Source: Somniosus microcephalus (lineage: Eukaryota). Taken from it: 64,000 bases of DNA. Shown here piece by piece: positions 62,982 through 64,000 of the stretch (position 1 is its first letter; every line of letters begins with the position of its first letter). The position numbers were made by a program, and so were the translations under genes. The stretch lies in NCBI GenBank assembly GCA_052327205.1, contig CM126202.1, positions 62,124,001-62,188,000 on the forward strand, read 5' to 3'. A model generated the notes under the pieces. The model was not told the origin of the DNA. It was given only the letters and a program-made list of their open reading frames with translations, and did not search any database.

Positions 62982-63380
62982 AAAGAAGAAGGAACTTGCA
63001 CCTTTCACAACTCCAGGACATCCCAAGGTATTTCCCAGCCAATTAAGTACTTTTGAAGTGTAGCCACTGTTGTAATGTAGGAATATGCAGCAGCTAACTT
63101 GTGCACACCGAGGTCGTACAAACAGCAATAAAGTAAATGACTTATTTTGTTGGTGTTGGAGAGGACCCTGAGAGAGCTCCCTTCCCTTTCTTCAAACAGT
63201 GCCATGGTGGACAGGGCCAAAGTTTAACATCTCATCCAAACAATAGCAGATCCAAAAGTGCAGCACTCCCGCAAAGCTACACTAAAGCGGCAGCCTAGAT
63301 TACATGCTTAAGTCTGTAGAATGGGACTTAAACCTATGACCTTCTGACTCCAAGGCCAACAAAGTACCACTGAGCCAAAT
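62982..63380 (-). mobile_element. Degraded Deu-SINE
   Basis: Reverse complement similarity to the 20717 element. Confidence 0.75.
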
Positions 63381-63824
63381 CTGAAAGTTAAGTAGGGGGC
63401 AAACAATAACTCCCATAATGCACCACACACACACACCATTTGCAACAGGAGCGATAATTTCATGGTTCCTTTTTCATCTGATTGACCCGTGATCCCCCCC
63501 CCCCATCCCTTAGAGAAATGATTGTCCACCCCTTCCCCAACCTAACCGTAATTCTTTCCATGTTTTTGTAGCTTGCTTTTTAAAAAAATGATTCTCCAGG
63601 CATCTAAAAACCAAGAGGCAGCAATTATGAGGTAGCGTTCCACATCTCCACATGTAGTGGGCAGAAAGCTAATTTAAACTGCTGCTCTATAGTATACTGT
63701 GAATAGTGAAACAGTACTTTGTTACACCGAGAGTAGTAAATTCTACTCTGTACACTTTCATGGCTGGAACCCAGTGGCCTCAATAGCTTGCTGGGAAATT
63801 GCAATTGGTGTTTTTCATCATCAA

Positions 63825-63985
63825 AACAAAGGGGCAGTGCTGAGGATTATCCTGAGAAGAATAAAGGGGATTGTAGAAGAACTTTTTTCACACAGAGGGT
63901 CATTAGGAGATGGAATCCTTTACCACAAGTGACTATTGAGGCAAAGACTATAACAACAGTTCAAATGAAATTAGATATTTGAAAT
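63825..63985 (+). mobile_element. CR1 3' fragment
   Basis: RRTFFTQRVIRRWNPLPQVTIEA. Confidence 0.75.
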
Positions 63986-64000
63986 TAAAGAATATAATAG

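Noticed and set aside
1-64000. CRISPR arrays, rRNA or prokaryotic defence systems
   Set aside because: No regularly spaced repeats, rRNA or operon-like ORFs; the sequence is intron-rich vertebrate DNA.
49300-64000. WDR41 exons expected downstream of OTP by synteny
   Set aside because: No WD40-like exon was recognised; the gene probably lies beyond the window.

Overview
Vertebrate genomic DNA, most likely a cartilaginous fish (inferred from the CR1, L2, Deu-SINE and Penelope repeat complement). The + strand carries the last three coding exons of TBCA (tubulin folding cofactor A; exon 1 lies upstream of the window), then the complete 3-exon homeobox gene OTP (orthopedia, 316 aa predicted), matching the known vertebrate TBCA-OTP synteny. 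OTP sits in a CpG-retaining, nearly repeat-free domain with several enhancer-like blocks and a strong CTCF motif on the TBCA side. The flanks hold degraded CR1, L2 and RTE LINEs, SINEs, TIR MITEs and a solo LTR. The most unexpected signal is on the minus strand at about 52.6-61.5 kb: scattered frameshifted remnants that read as SEA and MAM (possibly LDLa and trypsin) domains with residual splice sites. One exon is split by a 3.8-kb CR1, which suggests an unannotated dead gene convergent with OTP. A Penelope-type inverted repeat at 50 kb retains an intact-looking minimal hammerhead ribozyme core. All assignments were made by eye without database searches, and repeat boundaries are approximate unless a TSD or TIR is quoted.
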